Part shown: in pieces, positions 50,111 to 64,000 of the stretch
How positions within the stretch are numbered: position 1 is the first letter of the stretch
Layout of the letters: each line of letters starts with the position of its first letter
From: Eledone cirrhosa
Lineage: Eukaryota
Assembly (NCBI GenBank): GCA_964016885.1
Contig: OZ024740.1
Span: 240,994,001 to 241,058,000, forward strand
Length of the DNA stretch: 64,000 nucleotides
Reading direction: 5' to 3'
Notes under the pieces: generated by a model
Databases searched by the model: none
What the model was told of the DNA's origin: nothing
Seen by the model: the letters and a program-made list of their open reading frames with translations, nothing else
Translations under genes and position numbers: made by a program

Positions 50111-50517
50111 GCTTCTGTGACACTAGAGCCCTTGTCTTTCCCTCCCTTTTCCATTTTTTAATATATTTTTATTCTGCATTCCATAATATCTTCTCAATCT
50201 AATTCTTTTTTCTTTTTCTTTTAAATTGTTTTTAACAAGATATTTTTCATGAATAATCTTTAATTTGAGCAATAACTAGATTAAGTGTCTAGACAACTGA
50301 TGTCATTGTTGTAAGAAGTGTTACTACTATAGTCATTGCATCGGCTCTGTACTCCCAGTAGATTTTACGGGTGTTTAGTGATAGCGGCCCTGGTCGTATC
50401 ATGAAAAGCAACGCAAAATGAAGTGTCTTGTTCAAGAAATAAAGTACTGCAAGGTTCAAGAATAGAACCCACAATCTAATAATCGTGTGTCCAACACCCT
50501 AACCACCAGACAATACG

Positions 50518-50584
<67 letters not shown>

Positions 50585-51089
50585 ACGCACACACATACAC
50601 TCATTCAAGTGGAATCTCGCATTCTGAATGTAGCGAGTAGAAAAGAAAAAAACACACCAATAAACAGAGAATTTCCTCGCAATTTCAAGATCCACACTCC
50701 CTTTAAGAGTGTATAAAACGTGAGAAATATGCAGCGGATAGAGATTTTATAGCCTAAGACTATCCGTGTTTTTTTATATTTTAAGACAATGCAATGGAAG
50801 TGGACCTTATCTTTATGCCAAATTGGTGAATGCAATGGACATTTGAATTCTATCTCTTAACTTCCTACTCAATGGGAATCGCAATAGACGGATGGTTGTA
50901 AATAACAAGTTTTTTTTTTCTCAGAGAGTAATGCATCAGCTATCATAAACTAGTCATTTGTGACTTCAGAGTAAAAAATAAGCAGACAAAGAATCATAAG
51001 ACAACCTAGAGAAGGAAGGTTTGGAAACTGAAAATTATTTTCTCTTAAATATAGGTTCAGGGAAATACAAAGTGGCACTTATGATGGGG

Positions 51090-51400
51090 AGAAGATAGAG
51101 GTCTATAACATAGAAGATAATTAGAGGTTTCTACCAGACAACCTGACAAACGCCACAGATGAGATTTTTAGTTGAAGCTAGGTAAAGCTATAAAAGCTAA
51201 AAGACAGGCTTGGAAAGATTAGAAAAATGGGGACAGGAAAATAAAATACCAAGTAGCTAGAAAAGAAGCTGGGCATAAAATTTACAATGTTTTGCGCCGA
51301 GAAGATCAGAAGCATGACATATTCCGGATAGTAAAGCAGAGTGTCAAGAAGAAATAAAGTAGCGACAAGTGTGTCCCGAAAGACAGTGGCGCACTTACAG
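51090..51400 (+). mobile_element. RTE-like LINE fragment
   Basis: Degenerate translation AIKAKRQAWKD...KYQVARKEA...RREDQKHDIFRIVKQ. Confidence 0.55.
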
Positions 51401-51519
51401 ATATGGAGGATACAGGCGTGCTTGCATGTGTATATGTGTGAGTATGTGATGATTGAATATATATAAGTGTTGTAACTGCCTCAGTATGAATGTGTGTCCG
51501 GGAAACATATACATATACA

Positions 51520-51900
51520 CCAGGTCCGAACACAAAGGGACCAAACTCCCACTGTCACTGCCCCCGTCTCTTTCGTTATCCTCATCGCTCACATGAGTAA
51601 ATGGGGGCTCACGCGCTGGCTGTCTCGCGGCCCCGGTAGACTGGCCACTCCATGGCCCCGGCAGACAGAATAGAGAAAGCGTTTCCCCGGAGGATGCTGA
51701 AGGAGAGGCGCTGGAAGAGCCATTCCAGCTCGCAAGGCTCACACCTGCAGGTAGCCAACCATGTCCCAGTGGTGGTGAGTAAGATACCAGAAGTCTCCAC
51801 TGCTACGGGCTCAACCGCAAATATGTCGGAGAGCGACCGATATTTGGAGAGTTCACCCTCATCAGCCCGAAGTGCTTTAGAGTCTGGGTTAGTTGCAGAC
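51520..51900 (-). mobile_element. CRE-like RLE C-terminal fragment
   Basis: SKYRSLS..FAVEPVAVETSG...EWLFQRLSFSILRGNAFSIL. Confidence 0.8.
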
Positions 51901-51904
51901 AGCA

Positions 51905-53714
51905 CCAGCACTGGTCAATTTAGATCAATCGAAAGCATTCGATAGGGTCGACCATCGGTACCTGGAGGCTGTCCTCGAGGCAGCTGGCTTCGGCCCCGTC
52001 TTCAGAAGCTGCATCGCTGCAATGCTCAGCGGCATCTGCTCGGTGATCAAAGTTAATGGCCACCTCTCGGAACCGTTTCAGATCGCTCGAACCGGGACGC
52101 GGAAAGGCTGTGTCGGCTCATGCAGACATCACCGTGATGGTGTCGGATACCTCGGAAATCGAGGTGGTCGGCAACTTATTGGAGGAATATGAAAGGTTGA
52201 CGGGAGCGAAACTTAACTCGGAAAAGTCGGTGGGCTTGCAACTCGGCACCTGGAGAAGCAAGTCCATGCCGTCCAACAGCGTCGTTGGAGTCTCGACGGA
52301 CAGACCGGTAAAGTTGCTCGGGGTTTGGTTCGGGCCTGACCTCCAGGTGGATAATAATTGGGACGAGGTGACGGACAGGATAGCCAGTCTCATCCAGAAA
52401 CGGGCTGCGAGGAAGCTATCACTGAAAGGTCGGGCGGAGGTGGCGAACGCGTACACCGCGCCCGTCGTCTGCTACTACCTGACCGTCGTCCCTTGTCCCC
52501 GTCCGCGCCTCACCAACTTGGAACGGCTCCTCTTCAAATTATTGTGGAAAGGACAGGTCCCGTTAGTGAGGTGGTCCATCTGCTACCAACACCCTCTACG
52601 CGGAGGGCTGAGCATGCCGTGGCTAATGATGCGCAGACATGCGTTGAGGCTGTGGCATCTCCAGATATTCTGTCTAAACAGTGAACAGGTGTGGTCGCCG
52701 TTGGTCAGACGGGCCTTTCCGCAGCTCGTCTCTTTGACTGAGCTGCAGTCCTGGGTCAAGAAGAGACCGAAATTGGGTGACTGGCATCTGGAATGTTGCC
52801 AGGCACTCACTTCCCTCTACCAAGCAGGCAATGCGGTCAGTGGAACTTCCACTTTCGAGTTCTATAGAGGATTAGACAACGCACTCAGAGAGGCTTTGGG
52901 TGTCGACGAAGTCGAACCAACCAGTCTGTTCCGGAGGACTTTCGAGCCGGGGACGATGATTACTTCCCAAAATCCCTCGCTTGGCAGGGCTATCGGGGGG
53001 CACTGCCGGTTCGAGATAAACTCTACAGGCACGGAAGTGCTGTCAGACGAACCTGTCCAAGATGCGCGCAGAGCGACGAAACCGTTCTGCACGCACTCAT
53101 CCAGTGTCCGTGCATTACTGACTTGTGGAGTTATGTCGAACATCTGTTGTCGCCTGTAGAACGGATCCGGCTATCGGCCGAGTCCATAATGAAGATCGAC
53201 CCGCCACATTCTTTTGGCCAGGAAGGGGAGGAAATTTTCCTCTGTCTGGTGGCAGTAGCGAAAGAGGTTGTGTGGTGGACCAGGTTGAAAGTTGAAGACA
53301 GATACTTTTCTCTTCAGCCAATCCCTCATCAACTTTTTCAAGTTTCACTTGGAAAGGAAGGTGAGGGTGTAGAGAAGTGCTGCCCCCCCCCCCCAGTACA
53401 TTTGCTGAAAGGTGGGTGAATGTGGCGAGAATGGCCAGTGTGAGTGGGCCTACTCTGATCATGAGCCTGTAGGTCGGTGAATTTGAGGAGGAGAGGGTGC
53501 CCTTCCAGGGTGCTCTCGAAACGTCGGGTGGTTCAGGATTGTTGGGGTCCTGAGTCAACCCTGGGTGGTCATCCCCCCCTATTATTGTATTTTTGTTGTT
53601 ATTTTGTTATTGTTATTTATATTTTTACACGTTATATATGTAAACCCCCACTGTCTCCGTCTATTGTATTATCTCCTATATGTCGGCCCTTGTGGCCAAT
53701 AAATGAAACTATTA
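51905..53714 (+). mobile_element. Tx1/L1-clade LINE 3' fragment, copy 1
   Basis: LDQSKAFDRVDH, LLGVWFG, LSLKGRA, GGLSMP, CPRC...ETVLHALIQC Zn knuckle; AATAAA and (ATT) tail. Confidence 0.9.
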
Positions 53715-55740
53715 TGGGCCCGAGTGGTGGAGGCACGACGTGGCAACAAATCCACAATTCAATCCTTGCCTGACCAAAACGGGCACATGTTCCTCGAACC
53801 CGAGCAGATATGTGAGGCTTTTCAGCAGCACTTTGTTCAACTGTTTGGGAGCCGCGGCGGGCCGGATCGCAGTATGAACTTCAGTGCATACCTCGAGGGA
53901 CTGACGCAGCTCTCGACGACCGCAGTGCAGCATTGCGAAAAGCCGATAACAGCAAGTGAAACACGGGAAGCGATGTCTGACTGCCCGAGGGGTAAATCGC
54001 CAGGTTTGGATGGTCTGCCCTATGAGCTGTATGCGTACATACCAGACTTGTTCGGCGACCTTTTGGCAGACGTCTACTGCAACTGGCAGCAGAACGGGAG
54101 CATTCCCAGTTTTGAGATGATGAGAGACGTCCCACGCGAACTGGGATGTGGGAGATCCGTATCGGCTTACGCCGACGACGTCACCGTGGTGGTGTCAAGC
54201 GCCGGACATGTCCAGTTGCTCGGCACCGCTATCAAGGAATATGAAGTAGTGTCAGGAGCAAAGTTAAACCAGGAAAAGTCGATGGGCTTGCAGCTCGGCA
54301 CCTGGAGAGGCAAGTCCATGCCGCCCGACAGCGTCGTGCGGCACTGGACGGAAGGACCGATTAAATTGCTCGGGGTATGGTTCGGTCCGGACCTCCAGAT
54401 GGAGAAAAACTGGAGCGAGGTGACAAACAGGGTGGCCTCTCTCACCCAGAAATGGGCCGAGAGGAAGCTGTCCCTGAAAGGTCGGGTAGAAGTGGCGAAT
54501 GCGTTCATCGCATCCGTCACCTGCTACCACCTAACCGTTGTGCCTTGCCCCGGCTCAACTCTGACAAAAATGGAGCGTCTCCTCTTCCGCTTTTTATGGA
54601 AGGGACGTGCATGAAGGACTGGGCATGCCGTGGCTGATGATGCACAAACACGCGCTGAAGCTGCGACATCTCTGGTGCTTCATTGACGGTGAACAGGTGT
54701 GGTCACCGTTTGCCAGATGTATTTTTTCCCAGCTCGTCTCATTAACGGAGTTGCAGTCCTGGATAAGGAAAAGACCGAGGGATAGTGGTTGGAAGCTGGA
54801 ATGTCTCCAAGCGCTCACAGCCTTCTACCAGCTGGGCACTAGTATCGGTGGAACATCCACCTCGCCGTTCTATAGAGGACTAGTGGAGGAGAAGAGTGAT
54901 GATGTTCTCGGGGAGACCCTGGGCGTCGAAGCCGATCAGCTGTTCGTTCAAGAGAACTTTCAGACCGGGGCCTATGGACAACTTCCAGAAATCCCCGGCC
55001 TAGCAGTGTTACCAGGAAGCGTTGCCGGTTCAAGATAAGCTCTACAGGCACGGAAGTGCCGTCAGCCGAACCTGTCCGAGATGCGCACAGAGCGACGAAA
55101 CCGTTGTGCACGCACTCGTTCAGTGTCCGAGCATTACTGACTTGTGGAGCTATGTCGAGCATTTACTGTCACGTGTAGGACGGATCCGGTTATCGACTGA
55201 GTCCTTGTGCAGATAGCCCCGCCGCCCTCCTTTAAGGAGAAGAAAAAGCAGGCAGTTTTCATCTGCCTGGTGGCCATGGCGAAAGAGATTGTATGGTGGA
55301 AAAGGTTGAAAGGATTGAAGACGGACACTTTCTGCTTCGGCGAATCCCTGATTAACTTTTTCAAATTTCACTTGAAGAGGAAAATCAGGGTGGAGAGACA
55401 AGTCTTCTAGTAAGTTTGTTGAAAGGTGGGTGAAAGTGGCGAGTCTGGTCCGCGCCTGTAGACTGAGGAATGGAAAACTGAGAGAGGGCGCTTGGCCTGG
55501 TGGTCAGGGTGGCCGTGGTCTTTTGTGTGGATTTCGCACGAGTGACCCTTGGAAATTTCCCCCCTATTGGGGAATTTTTTGTTGTTTGAATTTTTTTGAT
55601 ATTTCTATCTTCTTGTTATAACCTTTTTACACGGCCAAAACCCACTTTGTATCGCCCTGTACCGTTCTGTGCCGTCTGTAATGTTTTTCTTCATGTTAGC
55701 TCTTGTGGCCAATAAAGAAACCATTATTATTATTATTATA
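53715..55740 (+). mobile_element. Tx1/L1-clade LINE 3' fragment, copy 2
   Basis: GKSPGLDGLPYELY, SAYADD, LSLKGRV, CPRC..ETVVHALVQC; AATAAA and (ATT)n tail. Confidence 0.9.
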
Positions 55741-56355
55741 CAAGGGCAGTGGATTGGCAGTATCGGTAAAGCGTCGGGCACCCTGCACAATCTTTATAAA
55801 AACAAGAGATTTTGATCCCAGGAGGTAAAGTCTGTTTCTTCCCTCTATCACAGAGTACAGTTACCTTCTTTCCTCCGCAATATACTGACAGCCAGTTCCA
55901 CCAACCTCGCAGAGTTCATAATGTAGTCACACTAATACACACTAGCCAGCTTTACTGGCAGGAAGGGTTGGCTACCAACATCAACACTACAGTTAGTAAA
56001 ATCACTATTTTGAGATTTGACATTCACATCAACACACTATCAACACAATACAATTATACGTGTACCTTTTTCCGTTTATCATGCAACCAATAAATTCATA
56101 CCCATATGATTGAGGAAAATTGTTTTTCCCGACGGCAATATCACATCACCACAACGAGTAACTACAACCATTGATTTCCTCGAACATGGCAAGACTTCAC
56201 AACAACAATTATCGTGACTCACTGAGACACACTTCAGTCACTTGACATGGACGTGACCAACAAACCACTCATTCAATTACTTCATCTCGCATCACCTACC
56301 ACTCCACTGCAAAAGAACTGAACAAACAGACTAATAAACTTCAACGTATCGCCAC

Positions 56356-56428
<73 letters not shown>

Positions 56429-56629
56429 ATACTTGGGGAGGGTCATATTTGCGTAATATTGCCAGAATTAATAACAGAACACACTCACTGTTTGGTTGGT
56501 TTTCGCTTCTCGCGACACACGATTTCATATAAAAAACCTCGCAAAACTAATTCATCGCCGCTATATATATATATATATATATATTAAAATATAAGTATTA
56601 ATAAAATAGATGTTCTTTTGATCAATTAC

Positions 56630-56682
56630 ATTTTATTATACATATTTCGGATGTACAACAGTACGTCCTCATCAGACAAAAT
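56630..56682 (-). ncRNA. Type I hammerhead ribozyme (family K)
   Basis: attttgt-CTGATGA-ggacgtac tgtt gtacatcc-GAAA-tatgta-TA-ataaaat. Confidence 0.87.
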
Positions 56683-57107
56683 ATAATGATACATGACATA
56701 CCCTGAGATGTTAAATGGTTAAGATTTAATCAAGGTAGTAATATTAATAACTCCTGAAAATTATTTTCCTTTGAGTGCTTCTAATCTACTGTAAAACTCA
56801 TTCTTTGACATAATCATTGAATATTGTTTAACAACTTAATACATATATATATACTATATATAGAGTTATAAACTCAAACAGTCATTTACAATTAAATAGC
56901 TCAAAGAAAGAGATATTTCTGAGCCGTGAAAAACTGTATTAATTTAATTAGTATTTTTCAATCTAGCTAACTTGGTCATTTGCAATACAAACACTTATAT
57001 ACTTGTATTAGTGTTTATCATATATTAATTTGTACATATATATATATATATTACGTTGTTAAACAATATTCGATGATTATGTCTCAGGGTATGTCATGAA
57101 TCATTAT

Positions 57108-57160
57108 ATTTTGTCTGATGAGGACGTACTGTTGTACATCCGAAATATATATAATAAAAT
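57108..57160 (+). ncRNA. Type I hammerhead ribozyme (family K)
   Basis: attttgt-CTGATGA-ggacgtac tgtt gtacatcc-GAAA-tatata-TA-ataaaat. Confidence 0.9.
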
Positions 57161-57200
57161 GTAATTGATCAAAAGAACATCTATTTTATTAATACTTATA

Positions 57201-57335
<135 letters not shown>

Positions 57336-57498
57336 ATATAGAGATGACATTAGGAAGTTAAAAAATAAAGAAACAGTTCTTTAAAACACTGTCCTGGTGA
57401 ATAAAATTTAATTTAAAAAAATCTAGGCTGCTAAACTATAAGCTTTTATATATATATATATATGTATGTATATATATATATATATGTATATATATGCG

Positions 57499-57529
<31 letters not shown>

Positions 57530-57659
57530 ACATACCTATATATAAAAATTACCATTATGAAATGTATCAAAAACAGAGGTTTCTGCATATACACTAATTT
57601 CAAACTCCTCCTAACACATTAGTGTGTGTGTGTATGTGACTGTTTGTGTGTGTACACCG

Positions 57660-57698
<39 letters not shown>

Positions 57699-58144
57699 AG
57701 AGAGAGAGAGAGAGAGAGTGAGAGAGAGAAAGAAAGATAATTAGATATAGATAGAGAGATATAGATAAGGACACACATACATTATACACACATATATATA
57801 TTATATGCTACATATCCTCTAATTTCAAAACTAATCCTAACACGTACACCATATAATCGTTGAGAGAAAAAAGTCACAGAACAAGAGAGCATGCGTATGT
57901 GCTCAAGTAATGTTTCTGAAAACACTTGTATCGATATTGAAGATAACAGATACCTTGGAAATTTTGCATAAATTGGTTGTCTTCTGGTTTGTTTTATTTG
58001 TTTTTTGTTCTGTTTTTTAGCATCTTTTGAGTAGATTATATATTTATTTATTTATTTATTTATTTGTTGGATATATAACTTATGTAACTATAAAGAAAAG
58101 ATAGCAAATCGCTACTGCATTTGTAGATATATGTGCAGGTGTGA

Positions 58145-58191
<47 letters not shown>

Positions 58192-58468
58192 TGAAATAGT
58201 CTTCAAGACTATACAGAGCATTTGAAGTTTTTCCAAATTGAAGGATGAGTATTTTAAACTTTATTTATCATGAGTTAAGGCTCTATTGATTTTTCCCTGG
58301 ATTTCACTAAATTCTGTTGGATGAATCTATATCCTAATTCTTTTTGAGTTGAGTTTGAATTATTTTCCCCACATCTTACGTTAACTATTTTTCCCATTTT
58401 GACGCTATAGTCACTTATATATTATGGAATACTGTTGGCTTTTTGCTACAATATTTTCTATACCTTTC

Positions 58469-58530
<62 letters not shown>

Positions 58531-58965
58531 CGTAAGATAAGAAAATTATAAAATTATAAAAAAATTACAAAATTGACTTACTTACTAAAATATCACTTCC
58601 AACTAATTAGTTTCTGGAATGGAGTAAATATATTTTCCGAAGAATATATAGAAAAGCATTCCGTTGTCAGGAAAGTCTATTTTCATGTAAGTTTCCAGGC
58701 ATAGCGAGGACTCTGGAAACTTATTAAAAAATAATTCAGTGGAAAGGAAATCGCGAAGCGTGGACTGAAATCCCAGCCATTGAGAAAATCACTGCCTCTA
58801 CGTCTGTGGCAAATTCAAAAAGAATCAATCACGTGACATCGAGGTCAATCAGTGGAAAGCGAGTTGTTAATAAGACAGCGGCCTGCCTACTACTATAGCA
58901 GCAGTCATGGCCAATATTGCTCGACAAATGAATTGGAGATAATTATAAAGAATTTATATCTAGTA

Positions 58966-59002
<37 letters not shown>

Positions 59003-59008
<6 letters not shown>

Positions 59009-59277
59009 GGAAAAAATGAAACGAAATTTCATTTCCCACTCTTAGTACGGCTGTTACTTAAATATAAGTATGTACACGTACATACATATATGCATACAGA
59101 CGTACAGTAGTATGTATATATATATACATACATGCACATTTATATGTACGTATGGATTCACCAAACATTTATTATAATGCTCGGTGTGTTTGTAAACAAA
59201 CATCCCGTATAAAGCCGGAGTGTCTAGCAACCACCGTTGCTCGTTTGTTCAACACTGACAAAGGAACGCTGTACTAG

Positions 59278-59314
<37 letters not shown>

Positions 59315-59656
59315 GATATAGGAATGTCCTTAAAAAACATACCTATAGGTATAGGTATGTTTTTTTTAAAACATACCTATAGGTATAGGTATGTTTTTTT
59401 TAAAACATACCTATAGGTATGCATTTCAGGCTTAACTGGACTTGTTAGCTATCGTCAGCAACGTATACCTTCCTGCCAGATTGTTGAACGTCCGAAAGTA
59501 TATACTTTCCTTATGCATATTAACGGTTGAGTAGCCCAATTTACATATCGAGTGGGTTAATCGGCCGGGTTCACCGAAAACGATAAACGGAAAAAAATGA
59601 AACGAAATTTCATTTCCCACTCTTAGTACGGCTGTTACTTAAATATAAGTATGTAC
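59003..59656 (-). mobile_element. Retrozyme-like family D, copy 2: more than one monomer, HHR split by an insertion
   Basis: ~72-bp terminal direct repeat (59003-59075 and 59584-59656); HHR halves at 59441-59463 and 59266-59279. Confidence 0.82.
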
Positions 59657-59934
59657 TCAGGTAGTGTTGTTGGTGTTTTGGTCAGCCTATGTCTTGCTGC
59701 TGCTGACATTTATAAGCTTCTGTGTGTGTTTCTTCACCCATCCTGCCACCATCTCTCGTGGTGGTGGTGGTGGTGGTAGTGGTGGTGGTGGTGGTGGTGG
59801 TGGGGTCTGCCATGTATAGAAGGCAATAAAATGAAGAAAACAGAAAATAAATAATTGTTTCTACGTTAGGCACAAGGCCAGCAAATACCCAGTGTGTTAC
59901 TGGTACTTTATTTTATCAACACTGACACAGGAAC

Positions 59935-60370
59935 GTTCGTTTTCATTTTTTTCAACTTATCGTTTCCGGTATGCCTGACCGATTTAACTCACTCAATATG
60001 CAAATTGGGCTGCTCAGCCGTTGATTTTCATAAGGAAAGTATATACTTTCGAACGTTCAACTATCTGGCAGATGGGTAAACGGTGCTGATAATAGCTAAC
60101 AAGCTTGAAACTAGTACATCGTTCCTGTGTCAGTGTTGAACAAAAAGGTGACGTGGTTGCCTTAACACCGTATGGCATAAATTCAGGCTGTTCGATTTGT
60201 TGACAAACAAACGAACAAAGCAGGCGTTATAATAAACGTCGGCTAAACTTATGCGTGCATATATGTATGTGTACCTGTATGCATGTGTGTATATATGTGT
60301 ATATGTATATATATATATATATATATGCATGCTACTGTACGTCTGTATACATATATGTATGTACGTATAC
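59935..60370 (+). mobile_element. Retrozyme-like family D, copy 3 (diverged)
   Basis: Colinear with 34515-34896; HHR at 60081-60121. Confidence 0.78.
60081..60121 (+). ncRNA. Hammerhead (family D), G8A variant, probably inactive
   Basis: cggtg-CTGATAA-tagct aaca agctt-GAAA-ctag-TA-catcg; stem I changes relative to 34646 keep pairing. Confidence 0.72.
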
Positions 60371-60380
60371 ATACATACTT

Positions 60381-60550
<170 letters not shown>

Positions 60551-60691
60551 AATAGGACCTTTGCTTCAAGCAAAGCTTTATACAATATGTATAAATATTT
60601 CGTATCTCCAAAAAATTACACTTTTAGGAAGCCGTAGCTATGCAAACACCGGGGGACTAACGCCCTCTGGTGATGTCCAGCAGAAGCAAGG

Positions 60692-60831
60692 GGGACAACC
60701 GTCTATGCATTTCAGGCCTAACTGGCCTTCGTCTATATTCTCGTATATATTCTCGCCTGTCTTCTAGTCCGCCAGTCGCAATCGGTGGGAGGGACCGTCC
60801 TGACGAAGTCCAGTTAAGCCTGAAATGCATA
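60692..60831. ncRNA. Two inverted partial hammerheads (family E)
   Basis: Plus 60792-60831: accgtc-CTGACGA-stem II-GAAA-tgca-TA, ending at the cleavage site. Minus 60733-60692: GACGA-aggcc agtta ggcct-GAAA-tgca-TA-gacggt. Confidence 0.75.
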
Positions 60832-60934
60832 CCTATAGGTATGTTTTAAAAAAAACATACCTATACCTATAGGTATGTTTTAAAAAAAACATACCTATAC
60901 CTATAGGTATGTTTTTTAAGGACATTCCTATATC

Positions 60935-63420
<2,486 letters not shown>

Positions 63421-64000
63421 TTCCATCTTATTTATTCCATAACCCAGATTGTACCACTTGGATCTATTATGATATCACATTATCAGCATCATCATCATTA
63501 TGATTATGATTATAATTATAATTGTCACCATCTATCAAAGAACAACATCAAAACCTCTTATATTTACATTCTTATTTTATATATCTCTATCTTTCACTCT
63601 CTATCTTTATATTTCTATCCCTAAATTTATTTCATCTGTCATTCTATTTTATCATATAATTGTTTCTACTTTTGGCACAAGGCCAGCAATTACCCAGTAC
63701 ATTACTGGTACTTTATTTTATCGATCCCGTAAGGATGAAAGGCAAAGTTAACCACGGCGGGATTTGAACTAATTAATTTATTTATTAAAATAACCAATAC
63801 ACACATAAATATATTTAACATTATCATATTTTTACCTTCATATCTCTCCATATATTCTAACAATTCTCAAAAACCACTCTCAATAATTTAAATATTCTTC
63901 GCAAATTTTTACTTCTTTTGCGTATTTATTTTCATTTTTCATTTTTCACATTTTATACCATTTTATATCACATTAAATGTAATTTATTTATTCATTTATT

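Noticed and set aside
58615-58680. Further hammerhead-like strings here and at ~28480-28610, 33280, 47520 and 57930
   Set aside because: Core mutations or no pairable stem I; not distinguishable from chance without a consensus.

Overview
AT-rich animal genomic DNA; the SINE and (TA)n/(CA)n content resembles a coleoid cephalopod such as Octopus (recognition, not a database result). I found no convincing host protein-coding gene. The window is almost all transposon relics and microsatellites: a decayed Helitron Rep, a non-autonomous Helitron, four Penelope-like retroelements (three Naiad-type, one Neptune-type), CR1-group, RTE, Tx1/L1 and CRE LINE fragments, mariner, hAT and Merlin relics, and SINEs. 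The many [12 protein letters not shown] ORFs are microsatellite artefacts. The main signal is non-coding: about 20 type I hammerhead ribozyme (HHR) motifs from roughly 10 sequence families, read by eye. Most sit in small non-coding elements inside (TA)n tracts and share one architecture: two inverted segments that appear to be made at each insertion, with breakpoints in or near the ribozyme and often a GAGTRCT tail motif. One family (34325-34896, 59003-59656, 59935-60370) is circularly permuted with a ~430-nt monomer, as expected for a retrozyme with a circular RNA intermediate. All folds are manual predictions and untested; coordinates may be off by a few bases.
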